Notes: generated by a model from the sequence alone, not told the origin. 64,000 nucleotides of DNA from Eledone cirrhosa (GCA_964016885.1 OZ024741.1:386508001-386572000); one strand, 5' to 3'; shown: positions 27,305 through 41,285, counted from the first letter of the stretch. Numbers and translations are program-made.

Positions 27305-29295
27305 TTACCTTACTTCTCGTAGGGGAAGGACGGTTTTTCCATCCTTTTCACTGCTTGTGGCCTTCTCAGGAAGGATGTCCTTATAAATCCTCCTGGAGAG
27401 TGCTTGTCGGAAGTCTCCGATGTCTTTGGGGAATTTTTGTTTTAGTGTCATGTACGTTTTCTGTGTGATGCGAGTGATTTGTATGTGTGGAGGTGGTGTG
27501 AATTTTTGGGTTGTTGTGTAGTCTTTTTCTGTGATGCTGGTGTTGTGTTGGATGTAGTGTAATAATTGGGTGTTGTTCAAATTTAATGCTGTGTAGTGTG
27601 TATCGTTTTGGTTGTTTTGTTTTGTTTGCGTTTGTTGTGGGTTTGTTTCTGTTTCGCATTTTGGTGAGTTTTGTGGTGTAGGTGATGGTGGTGTTGGGGT
27701 TAATGATGGTGATGGTGTTGGTGTTTGGGTTGATGGAGTTGGTGATGTTGGTGTGGATGGTGGCATATCTGTCCTAACTTTTTTGTTTGTTAATTTATTT
27801 GTTTCCATCTGTATTTTGTTTTTGGAAGGGGAAGGAAGAGAATTTTTTTCTTTTTTGGTTTCTTTTTTTTTTACCTGATACCGTTTCCCACTCCTCGTCG
27901 TCACAATCTGTCTTCAGTTGTGATAGGCCGGGGAGTGGAAAATCCTCCACAGGCGTTAGTTTTGGTTGTGGCGTGGTGGATGGTGTAGGCGCTGGTGCTA
28001 GTTCTGAAGCGTTGGGTGGTGGTGGTGTTGGTTTTGCTGGTGGTGGTGGTGTTGGTTTTGCTACTGTTGCTGGGGTTGTTGCTGTTATAGTTGCTTCTGT
28101 TGTTGCTGCTACAGTTGTTACTGCCATCTCTGCTACTGGTGGTGTTGATGGTTGTGTCACTGGGGTGGGTAGGAGAGGTGGCCTCAACCTTTTAGCCTGA
28201 GGGCAGAAAGCCCTTAGGTGGGTTCCTTCACCACAAACGACACACCTAGGCCTTCTGCCCTCGACAATTACGGTGAGGTGGCTGCCGTCAGTGAGGTCTA
28301 TTACCTCTGGGATCTCCTCAATGCTTTTTTGGTCCGCTTGGATCAGGAGCTCCATCCCAGATCCGGACCAGTTCTCCTGCTTTTCTTTTGCTATTGCTAT
28401 TATCTTTGTGTTGGCTTCGATGCCGGCGAGGACGGCCGCTATTAGCCAGGGAATTTCGATGGCCGGTGGAACGTGGGTCACCCTGATCTTTACGAGTCTC
28501 TGGCCACAATAGCTTGGGACAAGTGTGAAGTCGTCACTTCTTAATGGGGCCATGGAGTGTTCTCTAGCCTCCTCTGGTGTTTCAAAGAACACGTCCACGG
28601 TTCCATACTTCTGCCCACGTCTGATGTGGGTTTTTCTTGCCCACACATGTCCCAAAGCTTTTTGGATTTGGGACTCGGATGCCCGTTCCACTCGGCGCGA
28701 TTTTACATTTATTGTTCGATACGACACGGTGCATAGGCGCTGATGCTCCATTTTATTAGGTGGGGGGTGAAGCTGACCCTGTACCCATCTTTCTTTACCA
28801 TTTGTTTGGCATTTTCTAATTCCTCCTGAGTTACCGTAAATGCTTCGCACTGTTTTGCTACTCTGGCAAAACTCAGGGGTTTTTTTTTAATGTCATTGTT
28901 GTTGTTGTTGCTATCGTTATTTTTGTTATTATTAATTTTAGTTTCAGTTGTGGTGGTGGTGACGTCAGTGAAGTTCGGTTTGGGAGAGTCCATTTTGATT
29001 GAAAATATTTCGACATCACGAGTTGATTTATTTTTTCCTTTTGTTTCTGTTGTCGCGGTGGTAGTGGGGGGGGGGGGGGGGTTGTCGCGGTGGTGGTGGT
29101 GGTGGCGGCTTTAACACCTGCAGTCATTGGTAATGGCGGGAAATGAATGTCTGCCTGAGACAAATTTAAAATATTGCTAGTGCTTAAATTGTTTGTGGTG
29201 GCAAACGTTGTATCATTTACAATGGTGGTGTCGGTGTGAGGTGTTAATTTGTGAGGGAGGCTTTCAACTGCTTGGTGCAGAGGTGAATTAGCCAT
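27305..29295 (-). pseudogene. Tx1-like ORF1 (gag-like, CCHC knuckle), frameshifted near homopolymer runs
   Basis: CVVCGEGTHLRAFC knuckle and Pro/Thr-rich tracts; ORFs 28873-29295, 28709-28993, 27795-28850, 27305-27904. Confidence 0.8.
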
Positions 29296-29504
29296 TTTTT
29301 TTCAAAGAAATTTTTTGATAATCATAAAAGTTTAAATTTTGGGCACAAGGCCCCAATCTTTTTGGGTGTCCTTTTCGGAAAACAATGTATGTGCGCTTAT
29401 ATATAGTTAACAATAAAAATTTTCCATAAATGGCAATTTTTAACAAACGGAAATAACAAACCTTTGCGGAGCTCACGATGATACGATTTACTACGTAGGT
29501 CGCC

Positions 29505-29538
<34 letters not shown>

Positions 29539-30339
29539 TGGTGGATATATATCGTTATGGAATCGCTCCCGTAAGTTTTTGATTTTTACTTATTTAAAAC
29601 AACTGTGATAGAATAATTCTTATTACAAATGAAGTATAAGATTACAGTTTTTACGCTCAGCAAGCCACAACACATCACTTTACGGCATAGGGCCCCAACA
29701 TTTAATATTTAATTTTTGATCAGAAATGTTATAGTCGAAAAAGCGAAAAATGGCAAAATGGCTAAGTGGACAGACAGGCAAATAATTTCACCACCAACAC
29801 CACCACCGCCACCATCACCACTACCACGCCAAAAACTCCAGTCAAGTTACCTCAACTTCTATTTCTACTTCAACTTCAACACCATCACTACAGTACTACG
29901 ATCACATCACCACCACCACTGCCTAATTATCGCTACCACCGCTATTCTCTCCCACTACCTCCTGCTAAGTACTACTAGCACACCACCACCACCACCACCA
30001 CCACCACTGCCTCATTATCGCTACCGCCGCTATTCTCTCCCACTACCTCATGCCAAGACATGCACCGTAGTTACCCCACTAAAAGAGGAAGGCATCAAAA
30101 GACATAAATAGACTGATTTGATGACCCGGTCAAAAAATCAAAAAGCCAAAAATCAAAATCAAAACAGCACAGCAACAACGAAAAACGTAAAGAAAAGGAA
30201 AATGAAAAGAAAAACAAACAGACAGACAGAGAAGGAAAAAAAAGAAAAACCTAAGTCAGACATTCAAACATTACATTACAATGAAACTTATGCTTATTCA
30301 TTTTTGTTTTTTTTTTACCTATTTATTTGTTTGTTTATT

Positions 30340-33300
30340 TATGTTCGTCTACAGAGTGATAGTGCCACACTAAAATCACCGGAGGAGGGGGGTGATGAAA
30401 TCACCGGTGGTTATGTAACCATACATTCACCAATCCTCGATAAGAGTGTTTAAATGTCGAACCGAAACAGTTCGAATAACGGTGAAGTGGAGACTGGAAT
30501 GTAATGTGACAGACTCTCACCAAGCAGGTGCTCCCTGGCTCAGCAGCAGGGACCTGGCTGTCAACCAAATACTGCTGGTGTCGGAGGAAGAAGAAGAAGG
30601 AAAGGGACCAGAACCAACTGGACGAAAGAATTGAATAGAACTGTTATGCAGTGTTACCTGAAGAGTAACCCCAAGGAGAACGGATGCATAACATCTGGAA
30701 CGAGATTGGTCTATTTAAATTAGATGAACAAAAATTGGCCGGGCAGGCTCGGGTAATAAGAACTAATGGGTCGATAAGCGAGCTGGAACTGGAGGAACTG
30801 AGCAGAGAGATTAGGTTGGAAATGGAGAGTGGAGTATGCCAGGCAAACGAGCCAGTGGGAGATGAAGGTGAAGAGGTTGAGAGAACGGAGGAACCATCCG
30901 AAGCAGACAATGATCTGAATGCTGAAATAAATAATACCTGGAACAAAGATACGGCCATTGGGGAGATGAATGCTGACGGGCTAGGATAAGATTTGGTTGA
31001 TATCCTAAACTTAGTGGTAGATGAATTGAACAATGATAGTGGGAAACCTATGAACCTAAGATTTGTAGGCAGGAAAAAGTTAAAAGAAACAACAGCTAAG
31101 GTAAACAAAGTCATCCCATACCTTGAGGCGAGGAGCCTTCACCAGTGCAACAATATCCTCAAAGCAACAGCAAATGCAGTGAGGAAATTACTTTGCATAA
31201 AAGCGAGAAGAAACAACAAACAAGAAAGATCAGAATCTTGGCGGAAGAAACGACTGAATGGTCAAATCAGGGAAATGAGAAATGACATTGGAAAGCTTGA
31301 GTCCCTACTGAATGGGACACTAAAAAACATAGACACTAAAAATAGACTGGAAATAAAGTACAAAACTAGGAGGAAAAAGCTAAATATTATCATAGAGGAA
31401 CTGAAACAACGCATTGTAGCAAAGAGTGCAAAAATTAGGCGATACGAGAGCAGAGTCAGTCAGTATAAACAGAACCGCATGTTTGACAACAACCAGAAGA
31501 TGCTGTTTGGACAACTTGAAGGGAAAGAAAGAGGCAACGACTTGATTCCTGAGGCGGAACAAACTAAGACATTCTGGAGAGGAATATGGGAGCAGGATGT
31601 TAAACATAATGACCAGGCAGTGTGGATTGAGACAGTACGAAAGGAGATTAGTGAACAGGCACACCAACAAACTGATTTGAGTATCACAGTTGAAACTCTT
31701 AAGGGGCAGGCCAAAAACTAACCAGCTGGAAATCACCAGGCCCAGATGGTGTGCAGGGGTATTGGATTAAAAATATAACATCCCTCCACCCGAAACTGAC
31801 AACCATGTTCAATGACTGCTTGATGTCAGGTGAGGTACCAGAGTGGTTGACAAAAGGTACCACAGTTCTGGTAATGAAAGACCGAATCAAGGGTAATGAT
31901 GTTACCAACTATAGACCTATCACATGTCTGTCCGTAATGTGGAAACTGTTGACGAGCATTGTGTCTGAGGAAATCTACCATCACCTCCACACAAACAACT
32001 TGTTACCGGACGAACAGAAAGGATGCCGAAAGAAGTCACGTGGTACAAAGGACCAGTTACTTATTGATAAGATGGTAATGGGGAATTGCAGGAGGAGACA
32101 CACTGATCTTGCCATGGGATGGATAGACTACAGAAAGGCATTTGACATGGTGCCTCATTCTTGGATCACCAAAAGCCTGGAGATCTTCAGGGTGGCAGAT
32201 AACATCAGACAGTTGCTGGGCAGGAGTATGGGGTCCTGGGAGACAGAGTTGACATCAACTGGAGTATCCTTGGGAAGCGTGAAGATCAAGAGAGGTATCT
32301 TCCAGGGAGATAGCCTGTCCCCTCTGTTGTTTGTCCTTGCCCTAATGCCCTTGACCATTATGCTGCGAAAAGTGAGAGCAGGATACAAGTTGGGAAGGGG
32401 AGAGCTTACCATCAATCACCTCCTCTTCATGGACGATCTTAAGCTCTTCGGGAAAAGTGAGAAGGAGTTGGATGTGCTTGTTGACACTGTCCGTATTTTC
32501 AGCAGTGATATATGTATGCAGTTTGGTATTGGTAAATGTGGAGTCATTGTGATGAGGAGGGGTAGGTTGAGCAGAAGTAGCGGGATCCAGATACCAACAG
32601 GTGAGATGATAAAGGAAATTGACTCTGAGGAAGGATACAAGTATTTGGGCGTTCTGGAGGCTGATGGCATAAAGAACAAAAAAATGAAGGAATTGTTAAG
32701 AACTGAATACATTCGGAGAGTAAGGAGCGTATTGAAGTCACACCTGAACAGCAGAAATGCCATAAGCGCAGTAAATTCCCGAGCTGTGTCTATTATTAGG
32801 TACAGTGCGGGAATTCTGAGATGGAATGTTGCTGAACAAAAAGAAATGGATAGGAAGACTAGGAAGCTATTGACTATCTACAACATGTTCCACAAGAGGA
32901 GTGATGTCGATAGACTCTACCTAAGGAGATCTGAGGGTGGAAGAGGTCTTATCAGCATAGAGGACTGTGTTCAGATGGAGAAAAACAACCTATACAAATA
33001 CGTGACCTATAGTAAGGAGCCAATGCTCAAAACTGTACTGAAGGAGGGGACAGTAGGCCAGAGGATGTCCAAGGAGGAAATAACATCAAGGAGGAAGAGC
33101 AGCCTTAAGGGAAAATCCCTTCATAGTACCTTCTTTGAGAAAACTGAATTTAGAGATCCACAGACATGGAACTGGTTGAGAAGAGGAGACCTCAAAAAGG
33201 CTACAGAAGGAATGATAATGACTGCGCAGGAGCAGGCCCTCAAAACGAAGTGGTTGAAGCACCATATTTACAAGGAGGAGGCTAGCCCACTGTGCAGGAT

Positions 33301-33940
33301 CTGTGGAGAGAGAGAGGAGACTGTGGCTCACATTGTGTCCGAGTGTAAACACCTAGCCCAGACCCACTATAAAGGCTGGAGACACGATGTGATGGGCAGG
33401 GTGATCCACTGGCACCTGTGCAAAGTAAACAATTTACCACATTCTGAGAAATGGTATGAGCATAGGCCGGAGACGGTGATGGAGAACAATCAGGTGAAGG
33501 TGCTGTGGGATTTTAGGATACAGACAGACAAAAAACTGGAACACAATAGACCTGACCTGGTGGTTGTGGACAAAGAAAAAAGATCGTGTCTGATTGTGGA
33601 TGTGGCCTGCCCGTTCGACACGAGAGTGCAAGAGAAGGAGAGGGAGAAAATTAACCGATACCAGGACCTAAAGTGGGAGGTGAAAAGGATTTGGAACTGC
33701 CATGAAGTCAAAGTGATCCCGATTGTCATAGGCGCACTGGGGACTATCTCCAAAAGTTTCCAGGGATGGTTAAAGAAAATCGGCCCCTTCACGCTTTTTG
33801 GAACGCTTCAAAAGGCATGCTTGCTTGGAACAGCAAGAACCCTCCGATACGTCCTGAATATCTGAGGCTGCAGGTAGTGGCTTGATATTCATTCCAACGG
33901 ACTTTCCAGTTAACCAACATCAATGACTGAGATTCAAGGA
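30340..33940 (+). mobile_element. Near full-length R4/Dong-like RLE LINE
   Basis: N-terminal WTKELNRTVMQCY..EQKLAGQARVI, WKSPGPDG, YRPITCL, DYRKAFD, GIFQGDSLSP, FMDD, CCHC, PD-(D/E)xK nuclease; followed by (AAT)n; 5' boundary approximate. Confidence 0.9.
31751..33865 (+). CDS. RT + restriction-like endonuclease part of the R4-like ORF (upstream part disrupted)
   Basis: 704-aa open frame with RT motifs, CRIC..H..C, RHD, RPDLVV. Confidence 0.85.
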   Translation: MQGYWIKNITSLHPKLTTMFNDCLMSGEVPEWLTKGTTVLVMKDRIKGNDVTNYRPITCLSVMWKLLTSIVSEEIYHHLHTNNLLPDEQKGCRKKSRGTKDQLLIDKMVMGNCRRRHTDLAMGWIDYRKAFDMVPHSWITKSLEIFRVADNIRQLLGRSMGSWETELTSTGVSLGSVKIKRGIFQGDSLSPLLFVLALMPLTIMLRKVRAGYKLGRGELTINHLLFMDDLKLFGKSEKELDVLVDTVRIFSSDICMQFGIGKCGVIVMRRGRLSRSSGIQIPTGEMIKEIDSEEGYKYLGVLEADGIKNKKMKELLRTEYIRRVRSVLKSHLNSRNAISAVNSRAVSIIRYSAGILRWNVAEQKEMDRKTRKLLTIYNMFHKRSDVDRLYLRRSEGGRGLISIEDCVQMEKNNLYKYVTYSKEPMLKTVLKEGTVGQRMSKEEITSRRKSSLKGKSLHSTFFEKTEFRDPQTWNWLRRGDLKKATEGMIMTAQEQALKTKWLKHHIYKEEASPLCRICGEREETVAHIVSECKHLAQTHYKGWRHDVMGRVIHWHLCKVNNLPHSEKWYEHRPETVMENNQVKVLWDFRIQTDKKLEHNRPDLVVVDKEKRSCLIVDVACPFDTRVQEKEREKINRYQDLKWEVKRIWNCHEVKVIPIVIGALGTISKSFQGWLKKIGPFTLFGTLQKACLLGTARTLRYVLNI

Positions 33941-33948
33941 ATAACAAC

Positions 33949-33981
<33 letters not shown>

Positions 33982-33983
<2 letters not shown>

Positions 33984-36900
33984 GCTTTCTACACTGCCAT
34001 GTACTACCTATCAAACAGATCGAATACAGAACAGACATATATCAACTGGAAAAAGAAACATCCTGAAAACAGAGACTATATTGACAGTAACAAACTAGCT
34101 AATATAAAAAGAAGCATTGTTAAGAAGAAATTACTAACTGATATAGAAATTGATCAGATCAAACAATTCGCGCAAAGTCAGCGAAGGGAAAATGAAATAC
34201 GTGTCAGTGAAAACGAAGTAAATTGTAACACCTTAAATCCCAGGGTGGGGGCGGAATCACTGACAGCAGAACAAATTAATGAAAGGATCGAAAAAGTGGA
34301 GGGAGTGCATGCTCAATATGAAACTCTTAATGAAAACAATGAGATCATCAAAGATAAAGAAATGAATGTGAATGAACTCACCAACTTCAAGAATGAAATT
34401 ATGATCGAATGGATGAAAATGAACGAATCTGACATGGAGGAACGAGACACCCTCCCTAAGATCCAGAACTCCAAACAAAACCAAAAGATAATACGCAAGA
34501 CTAACATAATTCTCAAAGACATTATCATCACAAACAAACTAAACGTTAGTGATCTAAATCATCTCTATTATGCATCGGCTAAAGTCACCACTCACTTATG
34601 TGGAGTAAAAATGAAAAAACAAAGGAATGCCCACAAAATCTACTTGGCAAGAAAACATCAATTGCCAAATAAACCTTCTCCGATCTGGCATAGAAAATCT
34701 AGCAAACTACAAAGTAGGTGAACATGTTAACCAAACTAAACACAGATAATTGAAAAGAAAATACAGTATAAAATCAACAAGCGACATAGACATGATGGTA
34801 GAAACAATCAAGCAAAAAGTGTCGGCCAAAGCTGCTCGTATAATGCGCTTTGAAAAACGCTCTAGATTCTATAAGGACAATAATATGTTAAAAAACAACC
34901 AAAGAAACTTCTACAAAAAAAATTGACGAGTCAACAATAACTGCTAATTCAATACCACCCAAGGAGGAAGTGCAAGAATTCTGGGAAAAGATCTGGGCCG
35001 AAGAAAAAGTTCATAATATACATGCCCCATGGATAGACAGACAAATGAAAAATACAGCTCACCTTGAGGAACAAATATGGGAAAATATAACAGTTGAACA
35101 TCTGCGTTTAGCTCTTAGAAAATCCAGCTATTGGAAATCCCCAGGGAAAGACAAAGTACCAAATTTTTGGATAAATGCCTTCACAGAGTCTCATGATCAG
35201 TTAGCCCAACTTTACAATGAAATGGTGAAGGAGCCAGAAAAGATACCATCATTACATTCCTACTTCCAAAGAATGATGAGACAAATAATCCAAAAAATTA
35301 TAGACTGATAACTTGCTTGACCACAACGTATAAAATTCTAACATCAGTCCTAACTGAATATACATATGATCACCTGATAACAAATAACCTATTTCCCATT
35401 GAGCAGAAAGGGTGTAAACGAGGCTCATATGGCTGTAAAGATCAGCTCTTGGTTAACAAAATGATACTGGAAGATTGTCATAATAGACACAAAAATCTAT
35501 CAATTGCTTGGATAGAATACAAAAAAGCACTCGATAGTTTGCCACACAGTTGGATTGAAAAGTGTTTAGAGATTTTCAGGAGGTTCCTGTCATTCAGTAT
35601 GAAAACATGGAAAACAACACTCCTTTTGTATAGTGAAGCTGGAGAAGTTAATATTAATTGTAGAATTTTTCAGGGTGACTCTTTATCACGGATTTTATTC
35701 TGCATCGCACTTATACCATTAAGTAAAATGCTCAATGAAACAAAACATGGATATAAATTCTATGACAAAACCATTAATCACTTGTTCTACATGGATGACC
35801 TGAAACTATTTGCAAAAAATGATGAACAACTGCAAGGGCTATTATCCCTTGTGAAGCAGTTCAGTGATGACATTAAAATGGAGTTTGGACTAGATAAATG
35901 CGCCAAAGCAACGTTCACCAGAGGAAAGCTGCTGAGAAGTTCAGACATTAATCTTGATCGGGGGAATGTGATAAGAGAACTTGATCAAGAGGAAACTTAC
36001 AAATATCTAGGTGTTTGTGAAGGAGACAGAATCAAGCACTCGACAATGAGGGAAAGGATAAGGAAGGAATGTTACCGCAGAGTAAGAACAATCTTAAGAA
36101 CGGAATTGAATGCAAGGAATAGCATCGATGCCATAAATACACTTGCCATACCAGTAGTAACCTACAGTTTCAATGTCATCAACTGGTCAAGCACAGAGAT
36201 CCGTAGGCTCGATACAAAAATTAGAAAATTCTTAACCATGCACAGAATGCATCACCCTAAGGCTGATACAGATAGAATATATCTCCCTAGGAAATAAGGA
36301 GGACGTGGATTAATCCAGTTAGATATTGCTTTGAAAACTGCAACAGTTGGATTATCTACATATCTAAGGGAGGTACATGATTGGATGATCAAACTCGTTT
36401 TGAAACGTGAAAGCATCAAAAGATCATACTCCATTACAAAAGATGCACAAAGATACAGTAATGGACTACACATTTCAGACGTTCCCTTTACTGCTGAATT
36501 GAAAAATACAGAAAAAGCAAAGCAGGTAAAAGTAACTGCAAAGAAAGAACTGCTACAGAAACTGGCTAAGAAATGGCAAGAAAAGCCTCTGTATGGAAAA
36601 TACCCAGAAAGAGCTAACAATCCTGATGTGACAAAACATTAACCCATCAGTAGTTGGCATCCTCTGGACTGAAATCGGAGACTGAGGGACTGATTATATC
36701 AGTAAGATTAGTGTCTGCTAACAAAAAATTATCCAGCTAACATCTAAAAAATGGATGCAACCCATTATGCCGTGTATATAAAAATCAACCAGAGACCATT
36801 GATCATATAATTTCAATGTGCAGTCCTATCACTCCAACCGAATATCTAAACTGGTACGGCAGAGCTGCAAAATACATACATTGAGTAATGTGTAAGCATT

Positions 36901-37485
36901 TTGACTTGCCCCATAAAAAGAATTGGTGGGAGCATCAACCACCTCCCGTACTTGAAAAAGATCACATCTCAATCTTGTGGAACTTTAGCATCCAAACAGA
37001 CCGAAAAATAGATGCAAATAGACCTAATATAATACTGAAGGAAGAGGGTATGCCTGCTAATTGATATGTCTATTGCTATACACAAGAATGTATCTATAAA
37101 AACATTTGAAAAATTGAGCAAGTATAAGGACCTGGAGATAGAGATTGGAAAAATGTGGAAATTGAGAACTAAAATAATACCAGTGGTTGTAGGAGCTCTA
37201 GGAATGATACCTAAGGGGTCTAATGATTACTTATCGCAAATTCCAGGAAACCCGCGTATAGGAGAAATATAAAAGATAGTACTAATGGGAACTGCCCATA
37301 TACTAAGGAAGATTCTGTCAATATAAGTACATCACAAGTCTAAACATCTAAAGATACATGTGTGTGTATGTGTGTATGTGTGTTCTTTCTTGAACATGGC
37401 AGACCTTGTTGTCTTTTGAGGTCACTGGTTGGGACTTGGTGATAACTCGTAAGAACATAAAGCAAGATAAATGAAAAAAAAAAAA
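33982..37485 (+). mobile_element. Second, divergent and degenerate R4/Dong-like LINE
   Basis: DSNKLANIKRSI, WKSPGKDKV, IFQGDSLS, HLFYMDDLKLF, ETIDHIISMC, RPNII, EKLSKYKDLEIE; begins directly after the (AAT)n tail of the preceding element. Confidence 0.88.
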
Positions 37486-37496
37486 ATAATAATAAT

Positions 37497-39313
37497 GGCT
37501 TTTTTTATTAACCACAAGGGCTAACATGGAGAAAGACATTACAGGCGGCACAGACGGTACGGGACGATAGAGAGTGGGTTTTGGCCGTGTAAAAAAGGTT
37601 ATAACAGAAAACAATATAAACAAAATAAGAAATTCAAACAACAAAATTTCCTCAATGGGGGGGGGAAACTTCCGAGGATCACACGTGGCAAAAACCACAC
37701 AAAAGACCACAGCCACCCCGACCACCAGAGCAAGAGCCCTCTCTTAGTTCTCCAACTCCTCAGTCTACAGGCGCATACTCAGAGCGGCCCCATTCACTCG
37801 GACCAGACTGGCCACTTCCACCTACCTTTCAACAAACTTACTAGAAGACAGCACTTGCCTCTCCACCCTGATTTTCCCCTTCAAGTGAAATTTGAAGAAG
37901 TTAATCAAGGATTCGCCAGAGAGGAAAGTGTCCGTCTTCAATCCTTTCAACCTTGTCCACCATACAATCTCTTTCGCCATGGCCACCAGGCCGATGAAAA
38001 CTGCCTGGGGATGGTGGGGCTATCTGCACAATGGACTCAGTCGATAACAGGATCCGTCCTAGACTCAACAGCAACTGTTCGACATAGCCCCACAAATCAG
38101 CAATGCTCGGGCACTGAACGTGTGCATGCAGGACGGTTTAGTCGCCCTGCGCGCATCTCGGACAGGTTCGCTGACAGCATTTCCGTGCCTGTAGAGCTTA
38201 ACCTGAACCGGCAACGCTCCCCGGTAGCACTGGCAGGCCAGGGATTTCTGAAAGTTGTCTATAGGCCCCGGTCTGAAAGTTCTCCCGAAGAGAGCGAACA
38301 GTTGATCGTCTTCGACGCGCAGGGTCTCCTCGTCACTTTTCCCCTCCACTAGTCCTCTATGTTCCATCGATACTAGTGCCCGGTGCGGTGAGCGCTTGGA
38401 GACATTTCAGCTTCCAAGCGCTATTTCTCGGTCTTTTCCTGATCCAGGACTGCAGCTCCGTCAAGGAGACGAGCTGGGGAAAAGCACGTCTGGCAAACGG
38501 CAACCACACCTGTTCACCATCAAGGAAGCACCAGAGATGTCGTAGCCTCAGTGCATGTTTGCGCATCATCAGCCACGCAACGGTTGCCCAGTCCTCCATG
38601 CAACGAGTGCTGACAGCAGATGGATCGTCTGACCATGAGAACACGTCCTTTCCAAAAAAATCGGAAGAGAAGGTGTTCCATTTTGGTTTAGCGGGAGTTA
38701 GGCGAGAGCAAGGTATGACGGTCAGGCAGTAGCAGATGACGGACGTGATGTACGCATTCGCCTCCTCCACTCGACTTTTCAGAGACAGCCTTCTCTCGGC
38801 CCATTTCTGGGTGAGAGAGGCCACCCTGCTCATCACCTTGCTCCAGGTTTTCTCCATCTGAAGATCCAGACGGAACCAGACCCCGAGCAATTTAACCGCT
38901 CCTTCCATCCAGCTCCCCATGACGCTGTAGGACGGCATGGACTTGCCTCTCCAGGTACCGAGTTGCAAATCCACCGACTTTTTCTGATTTATCTTTGCTC
39001 CTGTCACCGCTTCGTATACCTTGAGAGCAGTGCCGAGGATCTGGACGTGTCTTGTGCTCGAGACCACCACGGTGACGCCGTCGGCGTAAGCCGACACGGA
39101 TCTCCCGCACCCTAGTTCGCGTGGAAGCCCCTCATCGTCTCCAATGTTTGCAGTAACGGCTCGAGGGCCAATACGTACAAGAGAGACGAGAGTGGGACAA
39201 CCCTGGCGGACCGAGCGCATGATGTTGAACCGCTGCGACAGGTGACCGTTCACCGTCACAACCGAGCAGATGTCGCTGTGCTTCGCAGCGATCCAACCCC
39301 TGAAAAGGGCCCG
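37497..39313 (-). mobile_element. 5'-truncated degenerate Tx1-like LINE
   Basis: ORF fragments homologous to 23856-25450; (AAT)n on both sides. Confidence 0.88.
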
Positions 39314-39334
39314 AATAATAATAATAATAATAAT

Positions 39335-40925
39335 AGTTTCTTCATTAACTACAAAGGTTTTACATCAAGAAAAATATTATGACAGTACAGGACGAAAACA
39401 TAGAATGTATGTATGTGTGTTGGTGTGTGGGTTTTGCGTGTAAACAAAATTTAACATTGTTACAAAAAAGATAATAATAAAATTAAAACAAAGAAGGTTC
39501 CACAATAGGGAGGAGACGTTCAAGGGTCATTATTCGTGGAAAAACTCCATAAACCCACGGATGCTCTGATTTTTAGGGCAAGTGCTCTGGCCCAGTTGTA
39601 CTCCTCCAATCTACAGGCTTACACTCAAGCAGGCCAATCCACTTGGGCCATGCTCGTTTCTCTCTCCCACCTTTCAACAAATTACTTTGAAGGCAGCACT
39701 TCTCACTCTACCCTTATTCTCCTCCTCAAGTGGAATCTGAAGATTTTAATCAAGGCTTTTCCAAAGGGGAAAGTCATCGTCTTTAAACCTTTCAAGCATG
39801 TCCACCATACAACCTTTTTCACCATTGCCACAAGACATATCAAAACGGCCTGCCCTTCTTGACTAAAAGAAGGCGGCGGGACAATCTTCCCTATGGACTC
39901 GGTTGATAACCGAATTTGTCCTACACGTAACAGCAAATATTCGACATAAACCCACAAGTCAGCAATGCTTGAACACTGGACGATTGAGTGCAGGACGGTT
40001 TCGTCGTCTTGCGCGCATCTGGTACAGGCCCGGCTGACGGCACTTCCATTTCTGTAGAGTTTATCTCGAACTGGAAAAGCTCCTCGGTAGCACTGCCATG
40101 CCAGGGATTTCTGTAAATTATCCATGGGCCCTGGACCGAAAGTCCTTCCGAAAAGAGTGGCTAGTTGATTTTCGTCAATGTCTAGAGTTTCCCTAAGAAT
40201 GTCGTTGCTTTTATCTGCCACAAACCCACTATAGAATGCCAAGGTGGTGTTTCCACCGATTTTATTGCCCGATTGTTGAAGGGCTATAAGCGCCTGAAGA
40301 CATTCCAGTTTCCAAGCGCTCTCTCTCGGTCTCTGCTTCACCTAGGATTGTAACTCCATTAAGGATACGAGCTGAGGGAACATGCATCTGGTGAACGGCG
40401 ACCACATCTGTTCACCGTTTAGGAAGAGATAGAGATATCGTAGCCTCAGTGCATGACTGCGCATCATTAGCCCCGGCATTCCCAGTCCTCCACACAAGAG
40501 CTGTTGACAGCAGGTAGATCGCCTGCCCATCGGAATGCGTCCTTTCCACAAGATTTGGAAGATCAGACGCTCCAGTGTAGTTTGACGGAGTTTGGGACAA
40601 GGCACGACGTTCAAGTGGTACTAGATGACGGACGCGATAAATGTGTTCGCCACCTGTGCCCTACCGTTCAGGGACAGCTTTCGGTCGGCCCATTTCTGGG
40701 TGAGATTGGGCACTTTGTTCTTTACCTCATCCCAATTTCTGTCCATTTGGAGGTCAGGACCAAACCAGACCCCGAGTAATTTAACCCCCCCCCCCGTCCA
40801 GTACACAACGACACTGTGTCCCTCCATATGCCGAGTTGCAGACCCACGGATTTTTCCTGGTTGACTTTTTCTCCTGTCAGCGCTTCGTATTCCTTCAGAG
40901 CAGTGCCGATCTCCTTAATGTGTAA
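39335..40925 (-). mobile_element. 5'-truncated degenerate Tx1-like LINE
   Basis: WQCYRGAFPVRDKL..CTRC..ETVLHSIVQC; 3' end abuts (AAT)n. Confidence 0.88.
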
Positions 40926-40958
40926 CAAAGTTTACAAAAAACTGCAATTCTTATATAT

Positions 40959-41055
<97 letters not shown>

Positions 41056-41222
41056 GAAATGCGCATAATAAAATACATGGAACTCTTTTAACCATCTTTT
41101 GATCTTATATATTATATATATATATATTATATATATATTATATATATATATATTATATATATATTATATATATATTATATATATATTATATATATATATA
41201 TTATATATATATTATATATATA

Positions 41223-41278
<56 letters not shown>

Positions 41279-41285
41279 TATATAT

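Larger units (their letters stand above)
23614..29504 (-). mobile_element. Near full-length L1/Tx1-like LINE flanked by (AAT)n
   Basis: ORF1 with zinc knuckle, ORF2 APE-RT-CCHC; (AAT)n at 23593-23613 and 29505-29537. Confidence 0.92.
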
